Shown: one piece after another, positions 20,249-30,071 of the stretch
Numbering within the stretch: position 1 is the first letter of the stretch
Layout of the letters: every line of letters starts with the position of its first letter
DNA from: Calditrichia bacterium
Lineage (GTDB): Bacteria; Calditrichota; Calditrichia; RBG-13-44-9; J075
Direction: 5' to 3'
Length of the DNA stretch: 64,000 nt
NCBI GenBank assembly: GCA_050633245.1
Contig: JBOEGD010000010.1
Span: 32,001-96,000 of the forward strand
Program-made: the position numbers and the translations under genes
Notes under the pieces: model-generated
Told to the model about the DNA's origin: nothing
The model's database searches: none
What the model saw: only the letters and a program-made list of their open reading frames with translations

Positions 20249-22738
20249 ATGACGATTTGCTATCGATTCTTTTTTGGAAAAATATTGACCCTTGGATTGA
20301 TTGCAGCCTTTGGGTTAGCAAATGGACTTCTCGCCAATGAGACGGAAAGTAAGCTCTCACTTTCCGGGCAGGTTCTGGATGCAGCCACCGGTCAGCCGCT
20401 GGAAGGTGTAAATGTACTGATTGAGGCCGATGAACGTGGTGGTGCCACAGATCGCCAGGGGCGCTTCTTAATAGCCGGTATGAGTGAAGGACGTAAGCTG
20501 GTATCTGTTTCGCACATTGGATATTTTACGGTGGATACGATGTTGACCATCACCGCAACCCGCTCAGAAAAGCTGCTAATCTATATGGATGTTGAACCCG
20601 TTCATCTTGAGGAAATGGTGGTAGAGCGCGATATGCTTGTCGGCAGTATCGGCAATTTGCGTAACATCCCCGGTTCGGCACACTTCATTAGCGGGGAAGA
20701 GCTTGAAATTCACTCCAATAACGACATTCACCGTGCACTGCGCGGAATTCCCGGTGTCAATATGCAAGAAGAAGATGGCTTTGGTCTACGTCCAAATATC
20801 GGTTTTCGTGGAACCGGAGTAGAACGCAGCCAAAAGATCACGGTTATGGAAGATGGTGTTCTCGCTGCCCCCGCGCCTTACGCAGCGCCTGCGGCGTATT
20901 ACTTTCCCACCGTTGGGCGAATGCATGGGATTGAGGTTCGCAAAGGCTCCAGCCAGATCAAATATGGCCCGAACACCACCGGCGGTGTGCTAAATCTTAT
21001 ATCATCAGCTATTCCGGAGCAGCACAACTTGTATGCAAAAATAATGGGAGGCAGTGAGTTTGGCGGGACGCTACATGCCAGGGCCGGAACCTCAACACTA
21101 CATAGCGGAGTATTGCTAGAAACCTTCCAGGCACACTCCGACGGGTTTAAGGAATTGGATAATGGAAGTGATACAGGCTTTCTAAAGGGTGATTATTTGC
21201 TAAAGGGGCGATTGAATACAGATCCGGCCAATGTTGTCTATCATGAACTACAGCTTAAGGTGGGATATAGTGAAGAGAATTCTAATGAGACATATCTTGG
21301 TCTGACAGATGCCGACTATCTTGTGACACCACTTCGCCGTTATGCCGGGTCACAGGAAGATCAAATGCAAACTGAACATCGTCAGTATTCTGCGCGCTAT
21401 TTTGCGCGTTTTTCCAAGGGCGTCGATGTGACTACAACGCTTTATCGCAATGAATTTAGCCGCAATTGGTATAAGCTGGACAAAGTCTTTTTGGGAACTG
21501 AAACAGTTAGCATCGGCAGTATTCTTGATAACCCGGTGGCGTTCGAACAGGAGGTCGCCGTTCTTGCAGGTGCAGATAGTCCTACTGAAGATGCCCTGCA
21601 GGTTAAAGCCAATAATCGTGATTACTTTTCTCAGGGAGTGCAGAGCATACTTGGAATACAGAGTAATCTCTTCTCGGTTAACCACCTACTCGAAGTTGGA
21701 TTACGTTTGCATGAAGATGAAATGGATCGCTTTCAATGGGTCGATGGTTATCGCATGCGTGACGGCGTAATGACCTTAAGTGAGGCAGGTGTTCCGGGAA
21801 CGGAAAGCAATCGAATCGAGTCTGCATCCAGTATTGCTACTTTTGCTGAATATACGTTAAAGATGGGAGCGCTTACCGGTGTTGGTGGAATGCGACATGA
21901 GTCAATTTCAATTCGTCGCGATGATTATGGAAAAGAAGATCCGCAGCGCAGTGGCTTAAACCTTTCGAGTAGAGAGAATAAACTTTCTGTTTGGGTACCT
22001 GGTGTTGGTCTTAAATATGAATTGAATCCAACGCTCGGTATCTTTGCTGCAGCGCACAAGGGCTTTGCTCCTCCAGGATCCAAGGAAGAAACCGAGGCTG
22101 AGGAAAGCGTGAACTATGAATTTGGTCTGCGCTTTAATCGTCAGAGTTCACATCTTGAAATAGTAGCTTTTCGTAACGACTACAGCAATCTACTCGGTCT
22201 AGATTTAAATGCCGGTGGTGGTAGCGGAACCGGGGATTTGTTCAATGGTGGTGAAGTTATTGCTCAAGGGCTGGAGTTTGCAGCCGCTACCAATCTGGGG
22301 CAGTATCTCAACAATCGGGTTATTTTGCCCGCTCGATTAACGTATACCTACACTAATGCTTCGTTCCGTAGTGATTTTGAAAGTGACTTTGATCCTTGGG
22401 GGGATGTGCAGCATGGTGATGAATTACCCTATGTCTCAGCACATCAGCTTTTTATGAATATAGGTTGGATGACCTCTTCTTTTCTCATCGATGTCAGTAT
22501 GCGATATGCTGCTGCTGCACCTACCATTGCCGGACAGGGCAATCGTCCCGACTCCGAGTTTACCGATGCCTACGCGGTATTCGATGCCTCGCTTGAATAT
22601 TCGTTTAATCAGCGATATCAGATTGTTATGCTCACTAAAAATCTGACCGACCTGACCTACGTAGCTGCTCGTCGCCCGGCAGGTATTCGCCCAGGATTAC
22701 CCCGCACTCTCATGCTGGGTTTTCGCATTGATATATAG
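20249..22738 (+). CDS. TonB-dependent receptor, FecA-like, with N-terminal carboxypeptidase-regulatory-like domain
   Basis: GQVLDAATGQPLEGVNV; plug region EEDGFGLRPNIGFRG and IEVRKG..YGP...GGVLN; C-terminal RPGLPRT. Confidence 0.9.
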   Translation: MTICYRFFFGKILTLGLIAAFGLANGLLANETESKLSLSGQVLDAATGQPLEGVNVLIEADERGGATDRQGRFLIAGMSEGRKLVSVSHIGYFTVDTMLTITATRSEKLLIYMDVEPVHLEEMVVERDMLVGSIGNLRNIPGSAHFISGEELEIHSNNDIHRALRGIPGVNMQEEDGFGLRPNIGFRGTGVERSQKITVMEDGVLAAPAPYAAPAAYYFPTVGRMHGIEVRKGSSQIKYGPNTTGGVLNLISSAIPEQHNLYAKIMGGSEFGGTLHARAGTSTLHSGVLLETFQAHSDGFKELDNGSDTGFLKGDYLLKGRLNTDPANVVYHELQLKVGYSEENSNETYLGLTDADYLVTPLRRYAGSQEDQMQTEHRQYSARYFARFSKGVDVTTTLYRNEFSRNWYKLDKVFLGTETVSIGSILDNPVAFEQEVAVLAGADSPTEDALQVKANNRDYFSQGVQSILGIQSNLFSVNHLLEVGLRLHEDEMDRFQWVDGYRMRDGVMTLSEAGVPGTESNRIESASSIATFAEYTLKMGALTGVGGMRHESISIRRDDYGKEDPQRSGLNLSSRENKLSVWVPGVGLKYELNPTLGIFAAAHKGFAPPGSKEETEAEESVNYEFGLRFNRQSSHLEIVAFRNDYSNLLGLDLNAGGGSGTGDLFNGGEVIAQGLEFAAATNLGQYLNNRVILPARLTYTYTNASFRSDFESDFDPWGDVQHGDELPYVSAHQLFMNIGWMTSSFLIDVSMRYAAAAPTIAGQGNRPDSEFTDAYAVFDASLEYSFNQRYQIVMLTKNLTDLTYVAARRPAGIRPGLPRTLMLGFRIDI

Positions 22739-22754
22739 CTTCGGGTTGAGGCGA

Positions 22755-22795
22755 AAAAAGGCCGGTTCGTCTACTTCTGACGAACCGGCCTTTTT
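22755..22795. terminator. 41-bp hairpin terminator, copy 2 (identical direct repeat of 20059-20099)
   Basis: Identical sequence, including the TACTTCT loop. Confidence 0.85.
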
Positions 22796-22815
22796 CGTTT
22801 CAAGGACGTGGGGAA

Positions 22816-23340
22816 TTATATTTGTGACCAGTCTGCTTCTGATTCTTCGGCTTGCTCAGGTGCTTCAGCTCCCTGCACTTCGCCATGGTAACGGCCGCGC
22901 TTACCACGCTTGCCTCCACGCATTCCCTTGCCTTTTTTGCCACCACGCTGACCTCGCTCAGACAACATTTTCATGTCAAACTTCTTCTGTTGGTCTGGCG
23001 TAAGCAGATCTCTAACTGCACGTTTATTCATCAACTTTTTCAGACTCATCTTTGCGCGCAGCTCACTTAGCTTACCGTGCAGGTTTTTAACTTTACCTTC
23101 ATCAAATTTATCGGCAACCATTGCCAACTTCAATTCGGCGCGAAGACCGGCAACCTGAGCGCGAACGGTTATCATTTCTTTCTGCATGTCAAGACGAAGA
23201 TCCGCAACTTGCGAGCGCTGCTCTTCAGTTAGATCTAATCCTCTCAAACCATGTTTACCACGCTTTTTATCAGGGTTTCCGGCAAATACTACAGCTGTTG
23301 CCAACAACAAAGTTATTGCTAAAATTAGTGCTCGTTTCAT
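22816..23340 (-). CDS. Spy/CpxP-family periplasmic protein
   Basis: Signal peptide; LDLTEEQ and LLTPDQQ (LTxxQ) motifs. Confidence 0.85.
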   Translation of the reverse strand: MKRALILAITLLLATAVVFAGNPDKKRGKHGLRGLDLTEEQRSQVADLRLDMQKEMITVRAQVAGLRAELKLAMVADKFDEGKVKNLHGKLSELRAKMSLKKLMNKRAVRDLLTPDQQKKFDMKMLSERGQRGGKKGKGMRGGKRGKRGRYHGEVQGAEAPEQAEESEADWSQI

Positions 23341-23421
23341 TTGTTTCTCCTTCCCGAAGGAATTATATGTTCAGCATCTGAACTTGTTTTTTCGTTTCAC
23401 TCCAAATGGAGTCTTTTGATG

Positions 23422-23901
23422 TTAACGCCTTCGGCGTTTCTTACGTCCACGATCATCGGGCCCGGTTCTAAAGAGAATCGAAGACAAAACGCGTTGTTCG
23501 TCAAGTGTTAAAAATTCTTTTGCTTCTATAAAATCAATTATTGCTTTTTCCTGTATTTTCAGCTTTTTATCCGATATTTCCATTAAGAGTGAATCAGCCA
23601 TTTGTCTATCTGCTGTTTCTGCCAGCAAAACATCTTTCAGTTTTCTCTCATCACTCCTTATGCTCTCATGAATCGAATGAATTGATTCACGAAATGCTCT
23701 TGCTCTATCCATCAGCTGCTTATGCTTTTCCTTGTTCATGCTGCGTGGGAAACGCGGTCTGTCCATTTGCCCACGTGGTGGAGGTCCATTAAATCCAGGA
23801 CCGGGGCCGCCGTCAAAACGATAAAACAAATAGGTTCCAATGGTTGCCAGATTTACTACAATCAGGAATATTAGTATTCCTATTAGAAGCTTTATCTTCA
23901 T
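23422..23901 (-). CDS. Periplasmic heavy-metal sensor / Spy-like protein
   Basis: N-terminal TM (LIVVNLA), G/P-rich linker, helical body and LTLDEQ. Confidence 0.7.
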   Translation of the reverse strand: MKIKLLIGILIFLIVVNLATIGTYLFYRFDGGPGPGFNGPPPRGQMDRPRFPRSMNKEKHKQLMDRARAFRESIHSIHESIRSDERKLKDVLLAETADRQMADSLLMEISDKKLKIQEKAIIDFIEAKEFLTLDEQRVLSSILFRTGPDDRGRKKRRRR

Positions 23902-24335
23902 TCCTCTCCCTCCGTGGACAAGTCTTCACTCCAGCTATCGCCGAATACATCCTGTGTAAGAACGCTGGAGTAAATATCCAGATCGTTGCTGTAGCTCTCG
24001 GTGCTCCCCTGTTCGGCTAGTCCCTTACCGAGAAAAACCCCCATTGTGATTGCCAAAGCTAACATTGCACCTGAGAGAGAAAGTTGTTTCCATCCTCTTG
24101 CAATTCGGCTCGCTTCGTTCACACGGCTCGCTTTGATGCGAGTTGCCAGAAATGGATCTACTTCTAATTCGGGTAAGGGTTTTTTACCCGGCTCGTTAAG
24201 CAGTTCAGCCATGGAGTTAAAGTATGCCTCCATCTTTGGGTCTTGCTTAAGCTGCTCTTCAACCCATTTGCGAGTTTCCGAATCGAGCGTATTGTTTAAC
24301 CAATCGGTTAAATACTCCTGAAGACTGTTCTTCAT
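23898..24335 (-). CDS. Probable transmembrane anti-sigma factor
   Basis: Follows the ECF sigma gene. N-terminal region resembles a degenerate zf-HC2 without Cys; single TM. Confidence 0.7.
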   Translation of the reverse strand: MKNSLQEYLTDWLNNTLDSETRKWVEEQLKQDPKMEAYFNSMAELLNEPGKKPLPELEVDPFLATRIKASRVNEASRIARGWKQLSLSGAMLALAITMGVFLGKGLAEQGSTESYSNDLDIYSSVLTQDVFGDSWSEDLSTEGEE

Positions 24336-24352
24336 CTTATTCTCACTACTTG

Positions 24353-24382
24353 TTTAGACACATGATTTTTAGATTCATTGCA
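24353..24382 (-). promoter_or_regulatory. Putative ECF promoter (copy 2)
   Basis: On -: TGCAA-N17-TGTCTAAA upstream of the anti-sigma gene. Confidence 0.65.
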
Positions 24383-24413
24383 TCCTGCTTAAAAAAAACT
24401 CTGCTGCCGCTTC

Positions 24414-24992
24414 TTAAATATGGTCTTTCAATGGTGCCAATGCTGTAACGAGCATCTTTTTTGCGCGATGTATTCGCGCTTCAACGGCACTCATGCTAAG
24501 ATCCATCACTTCGGCAATTTCTTTATAGCTCATATCCTCATATCGATGCAGCTGGAAGGGCAAACGATACTTCGGTTTCAGCTTTTGCAATGATTGCCAA
24601 AGCAGATCATCACGTTCCTTCTTTTCCAATTTGCGATCCGGAGATATAAATCCACCTCTCCCAAAAGGCGTCTGCGATCGCTCATTCTGCAAAACATCTC
24701 CAATCTTTTGATCCATAACATCAAGCCAACGATAGCGGCGCTCGCGCTTCAGCACGTTCATTGCGTGGTTTAGTGCAATGCGATAGACCCAGGTATAGAT
24801 GGAAGATCGTCCATCGAAGGTAGACATTTTTTCATGCACCTTCATAAATACGTCCTGCGTTAAATCGCGTGCGCTTTCCTCGTCGCCCGTCATGCCGTAG
24901 AGCATATTCAAAATACGCTTTCCGTATTCTGAATATACCTCGTCAAATGTTACTGCATGCGGCTGCTTATTTCCGGCTTCCGGTCTCTGCAT
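24414..24992 (-). CDS. ECF RNA polymerase sigma factor
   Basis: DLTQDVFMK, TWVYRIALN and SYKEIAEVM...VEARIHRAK. Confidence 0.93.
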   Translation of the reverse strand: MQRPEAGNKQPHAVTFDEVYSEYGKRILNMLYGMTGDEESARDLTQDVFMKVHEKMSTFDGRSSIYTWVYRIALNHAMNVLKRERRYRWLDVMDQKIGDVLQNERSQTPFGRGGFISPDRKLEKKERDDLLWQSLQKLKPKYRLPFQLHRYEDMSYKEIAEVMDLSMSAVEARIHRAKKMLVTALAPLKDHI

Positions 24993-25043
24993 ACATCCAG
25001 AATCAGTTGGGCTGATCCATATCCTCGCGTTCGTTTCTATTTA

Positions 25044-25073
25044 TTTAGACAGTAAGTCAGTTCAAAACTTGCA
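25044..25073 (-). promoter_or_regulatory. Putative ECF autoregulatory promoter (copy 1)
   Basis: On -: TGCAA-N17-TGTCTAAA upstream of the sigma gene. Confidence 0.65.
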
Positions 25074-25131
25074 GAGAATTTCACTTTTTTTTGATTCAGT
25101 ATTAGCCAATCAATATCAATAATCCGATAAA

Positions 25132-25146
25132 TTATCATTATGATAA
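25132..25146. promoter_or_regulatory. 7-1-7 palindromic operator (Fur/PerR-family-like)
   Basis: TTATCAT-T-ATGATAA, a perfect inverted repeat between divergent operons. Confidence 0.45.
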
Positions 25147-25204
25147 AATTCGTCGTGTTACTAACTTAGGATAACCCAAAACTCTGAGATAAGCAATCTG
25201 GCCA

Positions 25205-26926
25205 ATGAACCACGCAGCCAAAAACCAACCTTCAATTAAGCGACTTTTTACCTCTCCCCGGCCCTCCATTCTACTGGCCTTAAGCCTGATTACATCGAGT
25301 CTATTCGCGCAGGAATTAACGTCTACTCATCAGCTCATTGGGAAGCTGGGCTGCGCCGGATGCCATACTCAGCTGCCCTACAAGCATGATCTTAATCAAA
25401 AAATTCCGGACTTATCTCAGGCCGGAGCTCGCTATACTGAAGGATATTTATTTTCCTATTTACAGAATCCCACTAAAGTACGTAGGCACCTTGGGGACTC
25501 TCGTATGCCAAACTTCCAGCTGAACGAACAGGAAGCACTTGCCTTAACGCGATATTTAACAACCCAACAAAAAATGCCGGAGCTACCCCAAATACCAGAA
25601 CTTGGGCAACCCGTTCCGCGAAGCCTGCAAATCCGTTCGGATAAGGCTTTCGCAGATTATATGGCCAATCAGGCTCTCTGTCTTACCTGCCACGGATTTA
25701 ATGATAGACCGGCCAATCTCGCTGTTACAATGGATAACATGGGCGCCCGACTTAAGCCAAATTGGATGCGCAGCTTCTTAAGTGCGCCAGATCAGTTCGG
25801 CATTTCATCAGAGTTAATGCCTGCACAATTTTTTCAGCCTACGAAAAAGCAAAATGTCCGAACTCCCATGGGTAAGAGTCCCGCTCAACGCATCAATCGA
25901 ATTGTTGATTTTTTAGTTACAAGCTCCAAAGCGTTGCGCCGGCAACAGTTGGACAATTTAACTGCCGCCGTCAAGAAATACCCAAAAGCCAATGCAGCAT
26001 TGGGTAAACAAATTTTTGTGGGACTCAACTGCGCTGGATGCCATTTAGCAGAGCTTCCTCCCGCAGAAAATTCTGCGCCAAACTTATCCCTCACGGGCAG
26101 CCGGGTAAAGCAAGAATGGCTAAAACATTATCTTGAAAAGCCTACAGCACTCAGGCGCGCCGGCTATCGGCCGGGAAGTGGCGGCCGCATGCCGGATTTC
26201 AAGTTATCCAACGAAGAGGTTCAGCAACTAACAACATACCTAATGCAGCAAACAATCGACCTGCCGAAAGCAATCTACATAACCAAAGCGGCGCCCTATC
26301 AGCAATCCAGGGCACGCAAACTACTGAGTGACAAACTTCCCTGTCTTGGCTGTCATCAACTCGACGGCAATGGCGGAGTAATCGGACCAGATCTGAGTAT
26401 TGCAGGTAGACGACTGAACCCGGACTATATAGATGCGATAATCGCCAATCCAAAGCTATTTACATCGCATCAAATTATGCCTGAAATATCTATGTCGAAA
26501 AAAGTTAGAAGTTGGTTAACCAGCCTTTTGGTTCAGCAAAGAGATTCAACATTGTCAGTGGCTTACCTGCCCTTTACACAACTGGAAGCGTCACAGCCTG
26601 GCCAATCGAAAGCAGCAAGGCAATATGCACAGTTTTGTGCTTCATGCCATGGGCCAACCGGCAATGCAGATGGATTTAACTCCGTGTATCTTCCGGTAAA
26701 GCCTACAGCTCATGCCGACTCCGGCTATATGTCCACCAGAACAGACGGCGTACTATATGATGGAATCTACAGTGGCGGCTATATTTTAAACAAACATCAG
26801 TTTATGCCTCCCTGGCGCTCAACTTTCAGTGATGTGGAAATACGTGATCTGGTTCAGTATATGCGAGAGCTGTGTGACTGCCCCGAGCCTGACTGGGCAG
26901 ATAAAAAGGCAGGGGCCAGGAAATGA
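25205..26926 (+). CDS. Exported multi-domain c-type cytochrome (5 CxxCH)
   Basis: CAGCH, CLTCH, CAGCH, CLGCH and CASCH, each followed by P.L and MP motifs of class I domains; signal peptide. Confidence 0.85.
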   Translation: MNHAAKNQPSIKRLFTSPRPSILLALSLITSSLFAQELTSTHQLIGKLGCAGCHTQLPYKHDLNQKIPDLSQAGARYTEGYLFSYLQNPTKVRRHLGDSRMPNFQLNEQEALALTRYLTTQQKMPELPQIPELGQPVPRSLQIRSDKAFADYMANQALCLTCHGFNDRPANLAVTMDNMGARLKPNWMRSFLSAPDQFGISSELMPAQFFQPTKKQNVRTPMGKSPAQRINRIVDFLVTSSKALRRQQLDNLTAAVKKYPKANAALGKQIFVGLNCAGCHLAELPPAENSAPNLSLTGSRVKQEWLKHYLEKPTALRRAGYRPGSGGRMPDFKLSNEEVQQLTTYLMQQTIDLPKAIYITKAAPYQQSRARKLLSDKLPCLGCHQLDGNGGVIGPDLSIAGRRLNPDYIDAIIANPKLFTSHQIMPEISMSKKVRSWLTSLLVQQRDSTLSVAYLPFTQLEASQPGQSKAARQYAQFCASCHGPTGNADGFNSVYLPVKPTAHADSGYMSTRTDGVLYDGIYSGGYILNKHQFMPPWRSTFSDVEIRDLVQYMRELCDCPEPDWADKKAGARK

Positions 26927-29007
26927 GTCGATTACTGATCTACAGTTATTGCCTCGCACTTCTCGTATTTCTCTTAAGCTGTGAGCAGAGTGAACAGTCT
27001 ACAAAAACCAATCGCCTTCTACCTTTTCCGGCAGAGGTTTTGAAAACGGCAAAGAGCAAAGTACAAACTTCAGACTTTGCCGGATCACTTGCCTGTAAAA
27101 GCTGCCATCAGCAGGAATATGATCTCTGGAAGGAATCGACCCATGCCAAGGCCGGAGGGCTACCGCACGAAGTAAAGATCATTGCAAAGTTTGATGGCAG
27201 CCCACTGCGATTTAGGGATGCTGTCGTTATCCCAAAAAAACTCTCTTCCGAAAACTATGTTTTTATTATCCGTGAACAAAATCGTCCAGAATATCAGTTA
27301 GCTGTCTCCGCTGTGGTTGGCGGTGGACACATGATAGGTGGGGGCACACAAAGTTTTTTCACGAAATTGGAAGATGGTTCTTATCGCTTTCTACCGTTCG
27401 ATTTCATTCGTGACGAAAACCTCTGGTTTGTGCAGCTACGGGCAAATCAGAACTGGCTGCCGATATCAAAAAACATTGCTCTTTCCGATCTTCTGAATTG
27501 GCCGCCACGACGCCTGCTCGGCACGGTCGACGGGATGTCGAACTGTCAAAACTGTCATGGTAGTCAAATTGTAACAAAACGTGTGAACAACTCGCGTTTC
27601 GAGTCGCACTTTACCACGCTGGGCATCAACTGCGAATCCTGTCATGGTCCCGGCAAAAGACACATTGAACTGATGCAGAGCGCTGATCTCTCTACGCTGA
27701 AAGACATCGGAATACAGTCGTTAGAGGCCCTATCCAAAGATGCGTCGTTGATGGTATGCTTTCAATGCCATGCCACAAAAGATCAGCTACAGCCGAACTA
27801 TCTTCCAGGTGACGACCTCGAATCGTTTTACTCACTAAAAATGCCCGTCCTTGGCAGCAAGCTCTATCTACCCGATGGAAAAGTGCGCGAGTTTGCCTAT
27901 CAACAAAATCATCTTTTCAGCGATTGCTATATCAATGGTTCCATGACGTGTGTGGATTGTCATTCTCCGCACTCGCAAGGCTATCGCGATATTACAGGAC
28001 AAAAATTAGCAAGTCCGTTTGATGACGGTCAGTGCACTGGTTGTCATGGAAATATGAACGCGAATCCGGCAGCACATTCCTTTCACAATGCTGGTCCTAA
28101 CGGCGTGCGCTGCACCGACTGTCACATGCCATATCTGCAGCATCGCGTGCTTGGCGAAGAATTGCGCTTCGCACGATCGGACCACACCATACCTATCCCA
28201 CGTGCCGGCTTAGAATCGCGCTTTGGTATTGAGAACAGTTGTGTCGGTTGCCATTCGAACAAAACATCAGAATGGGCAAAAAATGAAACGCGTCGTTTGT
28301 GGGGAAAAGGAAAGCCTCTGCACTCACTCGTCAGTGGATTGTTGAAGGCAGACAGCGTTTATTCTCGAACTGAGGCAGCAGCGCTGCTCCTACAGCCGGA
28401 TAAGCAGCATCCGATTGCGCAATACACAGCACTTGCTGAGTTTACGAAACGTTTTCTTAAACCGGATATGCCGACTCTTGAAGAAGACATCAGATCTAAA
28501 CTTAAGCTTCTTAGTGAATCAAACGATCGCGACCTTCGCGCCTTTGCGCTAATGAGTCTGCACTTGTCTCAGGGAAACGTGGCTGATGTTCGAAAGATGC
28601 TGGTTGAATCACTGCAAAATGCCGGGGCCCAGGAAACCAGTCTACGGAAGCGCTGGTCTATTACAATGGATTATATTGGCAGCCAGTTTTTTTCAGAACG
28701 TGACTACTTTAGTGCAATAAGAGCATATAACAAGGCCTTGGTAATAAATGCAAAGGACACATTTGTTTTGGATAATTTGGCCGCTGCGCTCGAAGCAACA
28801 GAGGACTACTCAAGTGCTATATCAACGTATCAACGTGGCCTTACAATCGAACCTCAGGCTGCACAGCGACACTTTAGACTGGCCAGAGCACTGAATAAAG
28901 CAAAACGACTGGACGAGGCAATTGTTGCGCTCAAAAAAGGACTGACACTCGATCCGACCAATAAGAACCAGCAGAGCATCCTACGCTATCTGGAAGAGCA
29001 GCAGTAG
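26923..29007 (+). CDS. Octaheme c-type cytochrome lipoprotein with C-terminal TPRs
   Basis: Lipobox LLSC, eight CxxCH motifs and a TPR-like C-terminus. ATGA overlap with the upstream gene. Confidence 0.85.
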   Translation: MSRLLIYSYCLALLVFLLSCEQSEQSTKTNRLLPFPAEVLKTAKSKVQTSDFAGSLACKSCHQQEYDLWKESTHAKAGGLPHEVKIIAKFDGSPLRFRDAVVIPKKLSSENYVFIIREQNRPEYQLAVSAVVGGGHMIGGGTQSFFTKLEDGSYRFLPFDFIRDENLWFVQLRANQNWLPISKNIALSDLLNWPPRRLLGTVDGMSNCQNCHGSQIVTKRVNNSRFESHFTTLGINCESCHGPGKRHIELMQSADLSTLKDIGIQSLEALSKDASLMVCFQCHATKDQLQPNYLPGDDLESFYSLKMPVLGSKLYLPDGKVREFAYQQNHLFSDCYINGSMTCVDCHSPHSQGYRDITGQKLASPFDDGQCTGCHGNMNANPAAHSFHNAGPNGVRCTDCHMPYLQHRVLGEELRFARSDHTIPIPRAGLESRFGIENSCVGCHSNKTSEWAKNETRRLWGKGKPLHSLVSGLLKADSVYSRTEAAALLLQPDKQHPIAQYTALAEFTKRFLKPDMPTLEEDIRSKLKLLSESNDRDLRAFALMSLHLSQGNVADVRKMLVESLQNAGAQETSLRKRWSITMDYIGSQFFSERDYFSAIRAYNKALVINAKDTFVLDNLAAALEATEDYSSAISTYQRGLTIEPQAAQRHFRLARALNKAKRLDEAIVALKKGLTLDPTNKNQQSILRYLEEQQ

Positions 29008-29048
29008 GCAGTAGGTTGTAGTAAAGACGCGATGCCTCGCGTCTCAGC
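29001..29048. repeat. Heptamer stub plus GTAG-type REP-like palindrome
   Basis: gcagtag gcagtag gttgtag, then GTAAAGACGCGA-tgcc-TCGCGTCT; related to 55136-55163. Confidence 0.55.
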
Positions 29049-29057
29049 GGGGGCGCC

Positions 29058-30062
29058 TTAGTCTTCTTCCTTCGCATCGCGCGACATCAGCTCAACTACG
29101 GCATCATGGGGGCTCTTATCCTCAAACAGCGCCTGATAAACCTGCTCGGCAATCGGCATCTCTACGCCAGTCTTCTTAAACAGCTGATGCACCGACTTGG
29201 TCGTGCGCACACCTTCAGCAACCATTACCATCTCGTCAAGAACCGTCTGCAGCGTTTTGCCCCGACCAATTTCCTCGCCAACATGGCGATTACGACTGTG
29301 CTTACTCATACAGGTTACAATTAGGTCACCTACTCCGGAGAGACCGGAGAACGTCTCTTTTTGCGCACCCATTGCAACGCCAAGACGCGTTACTTCGACT
29401 AGGGCCCGGGTAAGCAGCGCAGCCTTGGTATTATCGCCAAAGCCGGCGCCGTCGCAAATACCAGCAGCGATGGCAACAACGTTCTTCAATGATCCACCAA
29501 GCTCAACACCAATGATGTCGCTGCTGGAATACACGCGAAAGGTGTTGGTGCTAAATAGGTCGCGCACGATGCGAGCCGTATTCAAATCCACGCAGGCTGA
29601 AACGATTGCCGTTGGGATTCCACGGCTCACTTCTTCGGCATGGCTTGGCCCATAGAGAGAAACCACGTGAGTAGGACTCACATCCAGTGTTTCCTCAATT
29701 ACTTCAGACATGCGTTTCAGCGTATCATTCTCAATGCCTTTGGAAACGTTAATAAAAACCTGACCGGGCTGAATGCTCCTTTTAAGCTTCTCACATACGC
29801 CGCGTGTTACGTGCGACGGAACCGCAGTTAAAACAAAGTCAGCACCGGCAACCGCTTCATGCTGGTCGCCGGTGATTTGCAAATTTTCAGGAAAGGGCAC
29901 GCCGGGTAGATAAATCTCATTGGTTCGTTCGTCATTCAGACGCGCAAGCTGTTCGGGATTGTATTCCCACATGGTTACCTGATGACCTTTACCAGCCAGC
30001 AATATGGCCAGGGTAGTTCCCCAGCTTCCGGCTCCAATTACCGCAATGGATTTATCACTCAT
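29058..30062 (-). CDS. gpsA: NAD(P)H-dependent glycerol-3-phosphate dehydrogenase
   Basis: GAGSWGT, SKGIE, GSLKNVVAIAAG and GDLIVTC..SRN. Confidence 0.96.
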   Translation of the reverse strand: MSDKSIAVIGAGSWGTTLAILLAGKGHQVTMWEYNPEQLARLNDERTNEIYLPGVPFPENLQITGDQHEAVAGADFVLTAVPSHVTRGVCEKLKRSIQPGQVFINVSKGIENDTLKRMSEVIEETLDVSPTHVVSLYGPSHAEEVSRGIPTAIVSACVDLNTARIVRDLFSTNTFRVYSSSDIIGVELGGSLKNVVAIAAGICDGAGFGDNTKAALLTRALVEVTRLGVAMGAQKETFSGLSGVGDLIVTCMSKHSRNRHVGEEIGRGKTLQTVLDEMVMVAEGVRTTKSVHQLFKKTGVEMPIAEQVYQALFEDKSPHDAVVELMSRDAKEED

Positions 30063-30071
30063 GCGCTTCTC

